Of a stretch of 64,000 nucleotides of DNA, positions 36,601 to 49,800 are shown in pieces. A program made the position numbers and the translations under genes. The notes under the pieces were generated by a model that worked only from the letters and a program-made list of their open reading frames with translations, did no database searches and had not been told where the DNA came from. Every line of letters starts with the position of its first letter. Position 1 is the stretch's first letter. Source of the DNA: Stegostoma tigrinum (Eukaryota); NCBI RefSeq assembly GCF_030684315.1, contig NC_081387.1, forward strand, positions 21,818,647-21,882,646, read 5' to 3'.

Positions 36601-39600
36601 TCACAATCTTCAAAATGTCCTCTTCCCCCACCGCATCCCAAAACCAGCCCAGCTCGTCCCCTCCCCCCACCGCATCCCAAAACCAGCCCAGCTTGTTCCC
36701 GCCTCCCTAATCTGTTCTTCCTCTCACCTATCCCCTGCTCCCACCTCAAGCCACACCTCCATTTCCTTCCTACTAACTTCATCCCGCCTCCTTGACCTGT
36801 CCGTCTTACCTGGACTGACCTATCCCCTCCCTATCTCCCCACCTATACTCTCCTCTCCGCCTATCTTCTCTCCCTCTTCGGTCCGCCTCCCCCTCTCTCC
36901 CTATTTATTTCAGAACCTCTCCCCATCCCCCTCTCTGATGAAGGGTCTAGGCCTGAAATGTCAGCTTTTGTGCTCCTGAGATGCTGCTTGTCCTGCTGTG
37001 TTCATCCAGTTTCACATTTTGTTGTCATGAATGTGTGGAGTCAGGCTCACAGAGACCAAGGGTTATAGTCTTAGTTTTGCTTTCACTTGTTGAAGTTGGG
37101 TTTTGGAATGAAGCTGCTATATACAGTCTCTCTCTTTAGCGCTGCAAATGCTTGAGTTTTTTCTCTGCTGCTAGATTCATTCTGTCGGTGCTCCTTCTCC
37201 TGGACTGGAGGACATAGCAAGTGAGGGAAATCTGTTTTACTGAACGTGCCTTTGCAAAGGGTGTGTTTATGGGGCACTGCCATATTAGAACATTTGATGA
37301 GTTGTAGTGAAATGATATATTATTTTACTAAGCCTTTTAGGACAATTATTCTTTGTTTGTATTTTAGCTGTTGTAAAGGAATAAAGTGTGTTTAGCTTAA
37401 AGCCTAGTAATTTGAACAATCAAATCACATCTTCAAAGTAGTGCCTTACCTTGCCTTGAAATAAGTTAAAAATTAAGGTCTGTGCTATCTCTTTGATATA
37501 TTTGAGGGGGTTTGCGTCTGGTCCATAACACATTAATTTGACAGTACTGTTTCTACAAGACACTGGAGGACACACTGTCACTGTTATTTAAATCCAAATT
37601 AATCCTCCGTATTTCTCACATTGATTTTTTTTAAACTTTCAGAGCAAGATAAAATGAAGACAGATAAAGGTAAGTGATCAGAAACCCAGGGGTGGTGGAG
37701 ATGGTTCCATTAAGACCCTGATTGTGTGTCTGTGTGTCCGCGCAGTTCACAGCACATCCAAGACTCGGGTCAATTTCAAACAGAGATAACAAATGGTCAT
37801 TTGATTTGTCATCTCTCTGAGGTGTTTTCACTTTTTTTTTGTAGAGTATATAAGACTTCACCAGGAGATTGGTAAGAACCCGAAACCAATTGGATAAAGG
37901 TGATGGAAGAGAGGGAGTTGTGGATGGATTAACCCCACAGTAAGAGAATGGGAAAGCGCTGGGAAAGCTGGATGGTAACTCTGACTGAGACCAGACCCTA
38001 GTAGGAGAGAAGCAGTTTTGGAACAACGTGGAACTCATGCAGATCCTCCAATGGGTTTGCCGTAACATGGGTGATGGGTGACGGAGTGGGTTTGTGCTTC
38101 TGTCATTCTGGGATTAAGAGTAAGACAAGAGTTGACCTGGTTACTATCAACTCTGAATCACATTGTTGTTTGTTTTTCATTTCAGAGATGGCTAAGCAAA
38201 AAGGGAAACAAGGTGAGTTATGAGAACACACATTATTTGGATTGTAATGTTTTATTTCAGTGTCAGAATGTCTGAACACAATTTAACAGATTTGTAAAAA
38301 AAACTGCCTTATCACAGATTGTTCCATTAAAACCAGCACCAAATTATAATGCCTTCCTGTGAATATGTGTGAAGTGGGTGAGCTAATTCAGCCAATTCTT
38401 CAACGTTCACCGATATCAGAACTGGGGTCCTCGAGAAGCTGTTTTTCCAGGAATTTCCTGAGCTGATATAAACAGATCTGCGGATATCTGGAAATACATG
38501 CCTGTTGAAATGAGCAGGTTTCAATATCAACAGCCTTTAGCTATTTATTAATAGTGCAATGAGACCACTAGCTTCACCAATCCCTAAAGTGCTCGCTGAT
38601 CAAAACCGTCAGATATGTGATTCAACAAATCATATGTCTTTTTTTTATTTGGGCATGTGTTTGTGAATCAGTCGTTGATTTCACAATTGATTCTCTTCAC
38701 AGTTCTACAAATAACCAAATAAAGTAACATCTACCATATTTCAGTATTTTCTAGTTATTTCTAATCTTCGACATTCTGATGTGAGGAATACAAACCTCAC
38801 TACAGCAGGAGAACAATGCATTCCTGACAATACACAAATTCATCTAATTCTACACACCCTGACTGGGTTCTGACATTTTAACCTGTAAACTTGTGGCCAT
38901 CCAACACTCTGCTGCCCTTGTCTTCACTCATCCTAAGTTCCACTCACCTGCTTACTGACCCACATTAGCTCCTCATTAAACAGTGTCTCCATTCCTAATT
39001 TCTCAGTCAAGTCTTGCAGTCCCTTCATGTCCTTGCCCTCTCTACTCTGCAACTCTGAGGTTCCTGTGCTCCTTTAATTGTGGCCTTTTGCACGCCAAAA
39101 ATTGTAATGTCCCTTCATTGGAGAATGTAATTTCAGTTGCCTCAGTTCCAAACTCTCCTCCTGCATCCTCATCTCACTTTCATCCTTAAAACACATCATA
39201 AAAACGTCCCTGTTTGATAAGCTTTTAGTTACCTGACATGTTTTTATTTATAATATTTGTAGTATTTTGAGATGTTGTTGAAGAAAAACAGCCACTTTGT
39301 GAATGTAAATTGTTGTTGTGTAAAATCCGTGCAGTGTATTACCTGACAAGTGAGCAATGTCACACAAGGAGCATTCCTATAACAATTTCTATTAACTGCT
39401 TTTTTTTTCTAAACTATATTGTCTTTCAAAAAATCTCTGATTGGGAAATGAATTTCAGATTTTCAGTGACTTTTTTGATATAATCAATGATCTGGTTTTA
39501 AATTGCCTTGTCTGTTTTTCTCTTCAGAATGTAAGATGCTTCAGCAGGAGTTTGGTAAGAGATTATTTCCAAATCATAAACACTCTGGGATTGGGTTTTC

Positions 39601-42600
39601 AACTCGTGTTCAGCACTGGTTTCTTCACTAGCCTCACATGGTCATTAAAAGCTAAAAGCATTGTGGAGGACAAGTTTGTTTCTGGTGCTATCAACTTACA
39701 TGGGTTTGTTGTTGCTGGATGTATCTAGGGGTATTTGATGGGAAGAGCATAGCGAGCATCTTTATTCTATATCTAGCCCATGCTGTACATGTCCTGAGAG
39801 TTATATGATGGGACAGTGTAGAAGGATAAGGCTTACTCTGTTTCTGACCTGGGAGTGTTTGACAGGGACACTGCAGACAGAGCTTTACTCTGATTACAAC
39901 CCTGCAGTTTACCTGACCTGGCCGTGTGTGATGGGATAATATAGGGGGAGCTTCACTCTCTGTATAGTCCATGCTATATACCTGTGAATATTTCATGAGA
40001 CAATGTGAAAGAATGTGTTTTTCACTGTATCTAACTTGTGCTGCACCTGTCCTGACAATGTCTGATAGGGACAGTGTTGGGGGAGTTTAGCGCTGTCCTG
40101 TCCTGGGTCTCCTGACACTGCTAATGTTTTAATTTTGTGCCCTGACTCTCAGCCTCAGACTCGCACACAGTTAGTGTATTATTTTGGTAAGGTTAATGAT
40201 AGACACAATGATGATATGTGCTACCTGAGACACTCTTGCTTGCCAGGACAGTATTGAGTTAACCAATTAGCTCTTGCTGCCCTTTCCCTTTGAGGGAGTG
40301 GTGGGCATGGGGATGGGGAAACGTTGGATAACATGGTTCTCTGCGGAATTAAGGTTCCACACTGACATTCCTGGCAGGGACGGGACAGAACAGTGGGTGG
40401 TGGAATGGATAATCTCATCGCTGACCCATGCCGGGTGAGGGGAGACCCGAACAGTGTTCACACAAAGTGGTGACTCCTTCTGGAAGCTTCTATGCTTTAA
40501 TATCTCTGTTTCTTTATCCTTTTACAGAAAAGGAGAAGGCCACCATTTATGCAGGTAAGCAGAGGGCTGAGGAATGGGAGTGTCTTCTGGAGCAGATGTG
40601 TTCCGAATTCTGATTTGATGCACTCCTGAAGGTTTCAGCATGTGACCTTTTGCCTCCAATTCCTTTTAACCAATCAAAGAGGGCTTCTCTATCCCCAACT
40701 TTGTTTTAGGAGTTCAAAAGCATTCAAATAATCCACACAATGTATAATGTCTGTGAGCTCCCATTCTTGGGCATTGGTCACTGTGACAAAGATTTTGGCC
40801 AGTCATTTCTGGAGAGTTGTTTCCCTATGGCAGGGAAGGATGGGCAGTGAAGATCTGTTTATATTTCAAATATTTAACTTCTGGGTTAATGCCTTCTGGT
40901 CACTTCCCTACTCTGGAGGGAAATGAGACAGAGTCATAGAGATGTACAGCATGGAAACAGACCTTTCGGGCCAACTCGTCCACGCTGACCAGATATTCTA
41001 AATGAATCTAGTCCAATTTGCCGGCATTTGGCCCATATCACTCTAAACTCTTCCTACTTATATACCCTAAATTTTGTAATTGTACCAGCCTCCACCACTT
41101 CTTCTGGCAGTCCATTGCATACAGTCAGCACCTTCTGTGCAACAGAATTGCCCCTTTTAAATCTTTCCACTGTCGTCATAAACCTATGCCTTCTAGTTTT
41201 GGACTCCCCTACCCTGGGAAAACATCTTGGCCATTTACCCTTTCCATGTCCTTCATGATTATATAAACTTTTATAAGGTCACCCCTCAGCGTCTGACACT
41301 CCAGGGAAAATAACCCCAACCTCTTCAGTGTCCCCCAATAGCTCAAACCCTCCAACCCTGGTAACATCTTTGTGAATCTTTTCTGTACCCTTTCAAATGT
41401 CACATCATCCTTCCTATAGCAGAAACTCTTCACTCCCCAGCTAACACCAATGTTGGCCTGACCCAATGGTGACCCTGGCATTTGGGTAGATGATTCCTAA
41501 TGTAGGTGAGGGCTTGCTGTATGGGTACAGCTGGCACAGAGAGCACTACCCACTGCTCCAGCTTGTGGAGGTTGGTGCTACCGCTGGCCGCTGCTGGTCT
41601 CTCACAGACCGAGTGAGACCAGCTGGTGGAGACTGAGCTCAAAGCAGAGAGTTCAATATAGAGTGCAGAGGGCAACAAAGAATACGAGATGAAGAAGATG
41701 GGGACATTGTGAAATTAAGGTTTGTAACTGATATTTCTCCCTTGTCTGTTACAGAACATGTGCAGTTCAGGAAAGAAGTTGGTAAGTGGCTATATCGAAT
41801 TTTAAATGTTCATCGATGGTCACTTCGAACAAAATGCATATTTGCTGTGGCTGTTTCTCAGTCTGTGCTTGGACAGGGGATTGTTTTCTCAGTCTGTACT
41901 CAGACTGGGGGCTGTTTCTCAGTCTGTGCTTGGACAGGGGATTGTTTTCTCAGTCTGTACTCAGACTGGGGGCTGTTTCTCAGTCTGTGCTTGGACAGGG
42001 GATTGTTTTCTTAGTCTGTACTCAGACTGGGGGCTGTTTCTCAGTCTGTGCTTGGACAGGGGATTGTTTTCTCAGTCTGTACTCAGACTGGGGGCTGTTT
42101 CTCAGTCTGTGCTTGGACAGGGGATTGTTTTCTTAGTCTGTACTCAGACTGGGGGCTGTTTTTCAGTCTGTGCTTGGACAGGGGATTGTTTTCTCAGTCT
42201 GTACTCAGACTGGGGGCTGTTTCTCAGTCTGTGCTTGGACAGGGGATTGTTTTCTCAGTCTGTACTCAGACTGGGGGCTGTTTCTCAGTCTGTGCTTGGA
42301 CAGGGGATTGTTTTCTCAGTCTGTACTCAGACTGGGGGCTGTTTCTCAGTCTGTGCTTGGACAGGGGATTGTTTTCTCAGTCTGTGCTCAGACTGGGGGC
42401 TGTTTCTCAGTCTGTGCTTGGACAGGGGATTGTTTTCTCAGTCTGTGCTCAGACTGGGGGCTGTTTCTCAGTCTGTGCTTGGACAGGGGATTGTTTTCTC
42501 AGTCTGTACTCAGACTGGGGGCTGTTTCTCAGTCTGTGCTTGGACAGGGGATTGTTTTCTCAGTCTGTACTCAGACTGGGGGCTGTTTCTCAGTCTGTGC

Positions 42601-45600
42601 TTGGACAGGGGACTGTTTTCTCAGTCTGTACTCAGACTGGGGGCTGTTTCTCAGTCTGTACTCAGACTGGGGGTTGCTTCTCAGTCTGTGCTCAGACTGG
42701 GGGCTGTTTCTCAGTCTGTGCTCAGACTGGGGGCTGTTTCTCAGTCTGTACTCAGACTGGGGGCTGTTTCTCAGTCTATGCTCAGACTGGGGGTTGTTTC
42801 TCAGTCTACGCTCAGACTGGGGGCTGTTTCTCGGGCTGTTTCTCAGTCTGTGCTCAGACTGGGGACTGTTTCTCAGTCTGTGCTCAGACTGGGGGCTGTT
42901 TCTCAGTCTGTACTCAGACTGGGGGCTGTTTCTCAGTCTGTACTCAGACTGGGGGTTGCTTCTCAGTCTGTGCTCAGACTGGGGGCTGTTTCTCAGTCTG
43001 TACTCAGACTGGGGGCTGTTTCTCAGTCTGTACTCAGACTGGGGGCTGTTTCTCAGTCTACGCTCAGACTGGGGGCTGTTTCTCAGTCTGTGCTCAGACT
43101 GGGGGCTGTTTCTCAGTCTATGCTCAGGCTGGGGGCTGTTTCTCAGTCTACGCTCAGACTGGGGGCTGTTTCTCAGTCTGTGCTCAGACTGGGGGCTGTT
43201 TCGCAGTCTGTGCTCAGACTGGGGGCTGTTTCTCAGTCTGTGCTCAGACTGGGGGCTGTTTCTCAGTCTATGCTCAGGCTGGGGGCTGTTTCTCAGTCTA
43301 TGCTCAGGCTGGGGGCTGTTTCTCGGTCTATGCTCGGCCTGGGCCACTTTGTCAGTCTGTGTTTGGGTTGGGGACTGTTTTCTCGGCCTGTGTTTGGGCT
43401 GGGGAGCTGTTTCTCAATCAAATTATCAGTGTTGAGGAGCACACAGTTTAGCCTTGCTTTACCCTTTTCACCAGCACTGTATAAAGTCTCAGCTGGTTTC
43501 TTGTTCCATGTTGTTGCTAAGCTCTTGACTCTGTTTTACAGATGAAGCGAGGGAGTCAGACAAAGCAGGTATGTGACTGTGTGGGCCTTGAGGAGTAAAC
43601 TTAACCTCTGCACTGGGATGGGGAGGGGACTGTGATGGTGTATGCTCTGACAGAGAACAGGTAGAGACACAGCAAATGCTTCTCTCTTCACTAATTTTTA
43701 TTTTCAGTCTCTCAGTCACACTCTCTTTTTGTGTTTTTTCTCGCCTTCCTCTCCCATTCTCACGCTGTGCTCCTCAGCATCTCTTCCTCTCTCTCTCTGC
43801 TCTTAATGCTCCCCATATCCGTTCTTTCTTTCTCTTTTTTATTCCTTCTCTTTCTGTTTCTTCTGATCTCCTTCTTTGCCCTCGCTTCCTCTTCTCATTC
43901 TACTCATATCTCTCCAGATCCCTCTCTCTTCTCCTCCTAGTCATGTCTCTCCATTTCTCCACTTTGTTCATTCCGTCTTCCTCTTCCTATATTCTGTCTT
44001 CTCAAATCTCTCTCTCTCTGTATTCCTTGTCCACTTAACTCTGCCTGTCTGACTTACTCTGTCTGCCTGTCTATGTCGCTCTTGCTGTCTCTCCCCATCT
44101 ATCTCTCTCGCTCTCTCTCTCCGTCAGTCTCTTACCTTGTGCAAAATGCTTGGTTAGTGATTTAAAACAGAAAGTGCTGAAGAAAGTCAGCAGGTCTGGG
44201 AGCATCAGTTGAGAGAGAAAAACAGAGTTATAGTTTGTTTCAAATCAACATCATTATCTTTGGACTATCATTTGTAAATCACTTGGTAAAGTGTTAGAAG
44301 ATAGTATATGAACACAGGTCAGTTAATTTCCATTTGAAGTCAGCATTTGGAAATGTCTGTTGATATTGACATTTTTACATGTTGGTAAGATAGTATAGTC
44401 GGTTGTTTATAAAATCATTCATTTTGTTTGAAGATGTTAGCTTTCTTGCTGTAATATTTCTGATCATTCCTTACTTGCAGATTACCGGAAGCTACTCACT
44501 AAATTTGGTGAGTTAGTTGTCATTAAAATTTTGGCTTCGTCTTCAGCTTGGCTACAGTTAGTAAATGAACATAAAACCAGGTTCTGGTCTGGACCATTCT
44601 TTTCCTCACTCGAGGAGAACAAGCTTGGAATGACTGGTTACCCTCCAGATGTTGCAATCAACCTGTCTCCTGATATACATTCATAGACAGAGCTGCAGAC
44701 TTTCATGACAGTATGAACATCTAGAGATCACCATGGCTTCAAATGGTGGCTTTGTAAAAAATGACCTGAGCATTGGACCCCTCGTTTTAAGCTAAAATTA
44801 TAGAGTTTGAAATAATTCAAACTCTAGATCCACTTCAAATTGATCATGTGGGATTCTCCGCGTCCCAGTTCATGATCATGGATTGGATTTTTAATTTGCA
44901 TCAGGGTGGCAAGGCTAGCTTTTTTAAAATGATTCTGGCCAATGGGTCCAATCTCCATCTCTTCATGTTTCATTCTAGATGGAAACTCAGGCAATTCTAT
45001 AGCAGGTGGCTAATCCTCGAGTGCTTCATGGAACATATACTCTTACACATTCTTTAACAAATATCTACATATCAACAGATTTGAAGTGGGGAACTTCTGA
45101 AACTCACTCCACGGTGCCACTAGTTGGCTAGATGTTGATGTTGGAAAATAGAATGGGAACTGCTGGCATCGGTATTTACAATGTTGATCAGAAATGCTGC
45201 CCAGAGGTCAGGACATCACACCCTCGCAAGATTTTTCTTAACAATGCATCAGTTATTGCTGCCGTAACGTTAAAAAATGTGACTTTTATTCATTAAGAAA
45301 ACTCTGGCATGAAAAGAAAATTTGTTGATAATGCGAAATCTGTTGAGTGGGTTTTATTCACACTTATTCATTTCACTATTTCCTTTTAGAGCAATGGAGG
45401 CCTCTGGTCCAGTCAGGTATGTTCCCTGTATGAACACACTTGAAAAAAGAAATCTTCACTTGTTATTTCTATCAATGATTTGGATGTGAATATTGGAGGT
45501 ACGCTTAGTAAGTTTGCAGACGATACTTGATGGTATAGTGGACAGTGAAGAAGGTTACCTCAAAGTACAACGGGACCTTGAACTGATGGACTGAGGAGTG

Positions 45601-46740
45601 GCAGATGAAGTTTAATTTAGATAAATGTGAGGTGCTGTATTTTGGAAAGGGAAATCAGGGCAGGATTTTTAAAATTAATGGGACAGTCCTAAGGGGGTGT
45701 TGTTGAACAAGGAAACCTCCAAGTACAGGTCTATAGTTCCTTGAAAGTGGTGTTGCAGGTGGACAGGATAATGAAGAAGGCATTTGATATACTTGCCTTT
45801 ATTGGTCAGTGCATTGAGTATAGGAGGTGGGAGGTCACGTTGTGGCCATACAGGACACTGGTGAGGCCACTTTTGGAATACCGTGTTCAGTTCTAGTCTC
45901 CCTGATATAGGGAGGATGTTCTGGAAGTGGGAAGGGTTCAGAAAAGTTTTTCAAGGATGTTGCCAGGATTGGAGGGTTTGAGCTATAGGAAGAGGCTGAA
46001 TAGGCTGGGGCTGTCTTTCCCTGGAGTGTTGGAGGCTGAGGAGTGACATCATAGAATTTTATAGAATCATGAGGAGCATGGATAGGGTGAATAGCCAAGA
46101 TGTTTTCTACAGGGTAAGGGAGTCCAAAACTAGAGGGCATAGGCTTAAGAGAGGGGAAAGAATTCAAAGGGACATAAGGGGCAACTTTTTCACACAGAGG
46201 GTGATCTGTCTATGGAATGAGCTGCCAGAGGAAGTAGATGGAGGCTGGTACAATTACGACATTTAAAAGACAGCTGGATGGATATGTAATCAGAGATATG
46301 GGCCAAAAGCTGGCCAATGAGACTACATTAATTCAGCATATTTGTTTGGTCTGGACGAGTTGGGTTAAAGGGTCTGTTTCTGTCCTGTACAGCTGTATGA
46401 CTTGAAGGAATCTATTAGCATATGTGTATTGTTTGATGTTTGACCAGGATAATGTTGAAAAAAATAGAATAAGGGGGTGTGAAGATCAAAATTATGTTAA
46501 TCGCTACTTTTACTTAATTTAGTCCAAGGGTTTTGTGTTTGTGTGTCTTTGCCCGTTACTACCCATTATGGCTCAATCTCACATTTTTGGTTTACTGAAA
46601 ACCACAATGTACTTTGGCTGTTGTCTTATTTGAGAGTTTTACAGATTATTAATTGCAGATGTTACTGTTTCTGCAGAGTGGAACAGGATACGGAGCCATG
46701 CAGGTAAGATTCTCAATGTATAGGACTGCCCAAACCAGGA

Positions 46741-46806
<66 letters not shown>

Positions 46807-49800
46807 ACAGTCATTGTCATGCATGAGGAGGCTATCTACATCAAACTAGCTGACCGGAAAACATTCCCACCCTTACCTCCTGCTATGGGAGCATCAGAAG
46901 AATTTAAAAGATTGCTTAACAATTTGATTGATTTTATGATTGAAATACCCCAGATAAAAGTTCTGAAGTGCCCCAGAGGTAGGGAGTCTACTCACTGTAA
47001 CACAAGACCTCCTTAGGATTTTAAGACAATTGACAGCTCGATTTGCACTTTTTCTAACATCACATCTTCATTCCTCATGTTTTCTTCTAATTTGAAATCA
47101 AATTCTCAATTTACCCTGGGGGGATTTCAACTCATCTCCTCTAGGCTTTGGGTACAGCAGCAGAATCATTACAGACTTGTAATAAAAGATACTGTTCTCT
47201 ACAGCATGAAAGGAAGGTGCAAATTGGTTGTGCCATCTTTGTTGTAGCAGTGCACCAAGAATAGTTAACTGTCAGTCATTATTCTTGGACCATGCAGGTC
47301 AATTCTGAATGGCCAGAGAGTTGCCATGTGAGTGTAGCATAGGATCAGTTGACCCTGTGAACCTGGATTATGACAACAGGTGAAATGTACATGCAAATTC
47401 CTGTTGCCGACATACAACAGGGTCCTGTGTATTTATATGTGTAGCTTTTTGCATGTGTAAATGCATCAGCCTGTGTGTGCCCAGCTGATGATGTCAAATT
47501 GGTTTCTAGTGTAGCTTGTAGCACCATCTAGATTATTTACCAAATGATTTCCAATAGCTGTATCACACCTTTTGGTGGATATAGTTTTCTGAGGCTTGCA
47601 AACACAGGCTGGTAAATAAGCTAGCAATGTTGAAAGAGCACAAGGAGTTGCTCTCAATATGAAGCTTTTATATGCTGTTTGTGAAAGTGAAAAAAGCATT
47701 TACAATGGATGTAGAAAACTCATTTAGAACTATTTTCAACAAGCCAAACAATCATTTGGCAATTCATGGTTATGCAAAGCCAGTCAGAGATAGAATGGAA
47801 TATATTTACAGAACATTCTTCACATCCTTGGGATGTTCCAAAGTTCTTCATGACCGAAGACCTAAATATTGGTAATTATGTTGACCAGTTTCAACACGGT
47901 AAGATCCTATAAGCATCACACCAGTGCTTGGAAGTTTTTTTGAGAGCGAGTGAGCAGAAGGAGGTATGGTAGAAAGGGGCCATGATTTTAACAGTGCAGC
48001 ATTCCAACAGTACAACACAGAGTGAGATCAGTGATAATGGGAACTACAGATGCTGGAGAATCCAAAATAACAAAGTGTGGAGCTGGACGAACACAGCAGA
48101 CCAAGCAGCATCTCAGGAGCACAAAAGCTGACGTTTCGGGCCTAGACCCTTCATCAGAGAGGGTTAGCTTTTGTGCTCCTGAGATGCTGCTTGGCCTGCT
48201 GTGTTCATCCAGCTCTGCACAGAGTGAGGTCAGCCTGGAAATCACTGTTCAAATCTTTCAAAGAATCTTGAGCCCACAACATTGTGAGTTAGAAGCAAGA
48301 GTGGTACCCATGGAGTCAGAGTTTCCTCACAACACTCAGCCTCCTGACAGACACGTCCTGTCAATCTTGAGAGCTCCTGCCCTGAAAAATTGATTGAAAG
48401 TTGGAGCTGATACTCCCTAGAGTTCAGAAGAATGAGAAGATATTTCATTGAAATATATAAATTTCCTGATAAGTGTCGTCAGAGTAAACACTGAGAGAGG
48501 TGGGTTCCCTGGCTGGGGTTTGGTTGGGGGGTGTGTGCTAGTGGGGGGCTGAGTCCTGAAAGGGTGGAAAGAGGCAATTTGGCTCAGAGCCTGCACTGAC
48601 CCTCCAAAAGAGCATCACCCCCAGACATGACCCCTTACCTATCCCCATGACCCCAAATTTACCATGGCTAATGCCATCTCCAAAGCCTACGCATAAATTA
48701 CAATGCACATGTCAGGAGTATAGTGAAATACTGCGCATTTGCATGGATGGTTGGAGCTCCAACAACACTCAAGAAACTTAAGAAGCCTGCTTGACTGGCA
48801 ATACATCCACAAACATCCAGTTCCTCTACCTCAGTAACAGCAGTGTTTACTATCTGCAAGGTGCACTGCAGAAATTCACCGAAGCACCTCATACAGCACC
48901 TTCCAACCATCTGGAAGGACAAGGGTAGCAGATACATAGGAAGAACACCACTTCAAGTCACCCTCTGAGCCATTCACCATCCAGGTTTGGAAATATATTG
49001 CCATTCCTTCACTGTCGCTGGGTCAAAATCCTGGAATTCCCTCCCTATTTGCATTGTGGGACTACCTACAGCAGATGGACTGCAGTGGTTCAAGAAGGCA
49101 TCTTACCTTCACTTTCACAGGGGCAACTTGGGATGGGTAATAAATGCTGGCCAGGCAGTGATGCCCATATCCCACAAATTCATTTTTTAAATATAAAACT
49201 CCATCTAGCCTGCATATTCCTGTACATTATGCTGTAGTTATCAGCATAACTTGCACATCTTTGATCTGTGGGACAAAATTGGAGCACCTGGTAGAAACCC
49301 ACACATATATAAGCGAAATGTGCAATCTCCACACAGACAGTCACCCAAGTGGAATCACACTTGGGTCTTGGAGCTATGAGACACCAGTCCTAACCACTGA
49401 GCTACCTTGCCACCTGGCTTGAAATGCTGTCAGATTAGGGGTCAGAACTTTTGGATTGAGGTGAAAAATATCATCTCTCTGAGATTTGTTGATGTTCAGA
49501 ACTCAGAAGCCTAAAGAGCTGGGAAAGCTCAGATATTGAATATATTCAACTGATGGAGCTTTTGTCAGAATATTGTGTTTTTCAATGTGTGCATTGCTGG
49601 TGAGGCTGGCATCCTTAATTTCCTTTGAGCTAATTGATTGAATTGCAGAAGGAAGGGGATTGAGATTTGTTGGATAGTGCAGGAACTTGAGGCAGTTCGG
49701 TGGTGTGTGGAGATTGCATATTCTCCCCGTGGCTGTGTGGGTGCTCCAGCTTCCTCCCACAGTCCAGGGACGTGCAGACCAGGTGGATTGGCCATTCTAA

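Noticed and set aside
41848-43415. CRISPR-like array (30-bp hairpin-forming repeats)
   Set aside because: No unique spacers, no cas genes, and a eukaryotic intron context.
41806-43545. Long ORFs of 579, 467, 421 and 258 aa
   Set aside because: They are by-products of a stop-poor 30/61-bp tandem repeat, open in several frames and on both strands, inside an intron.
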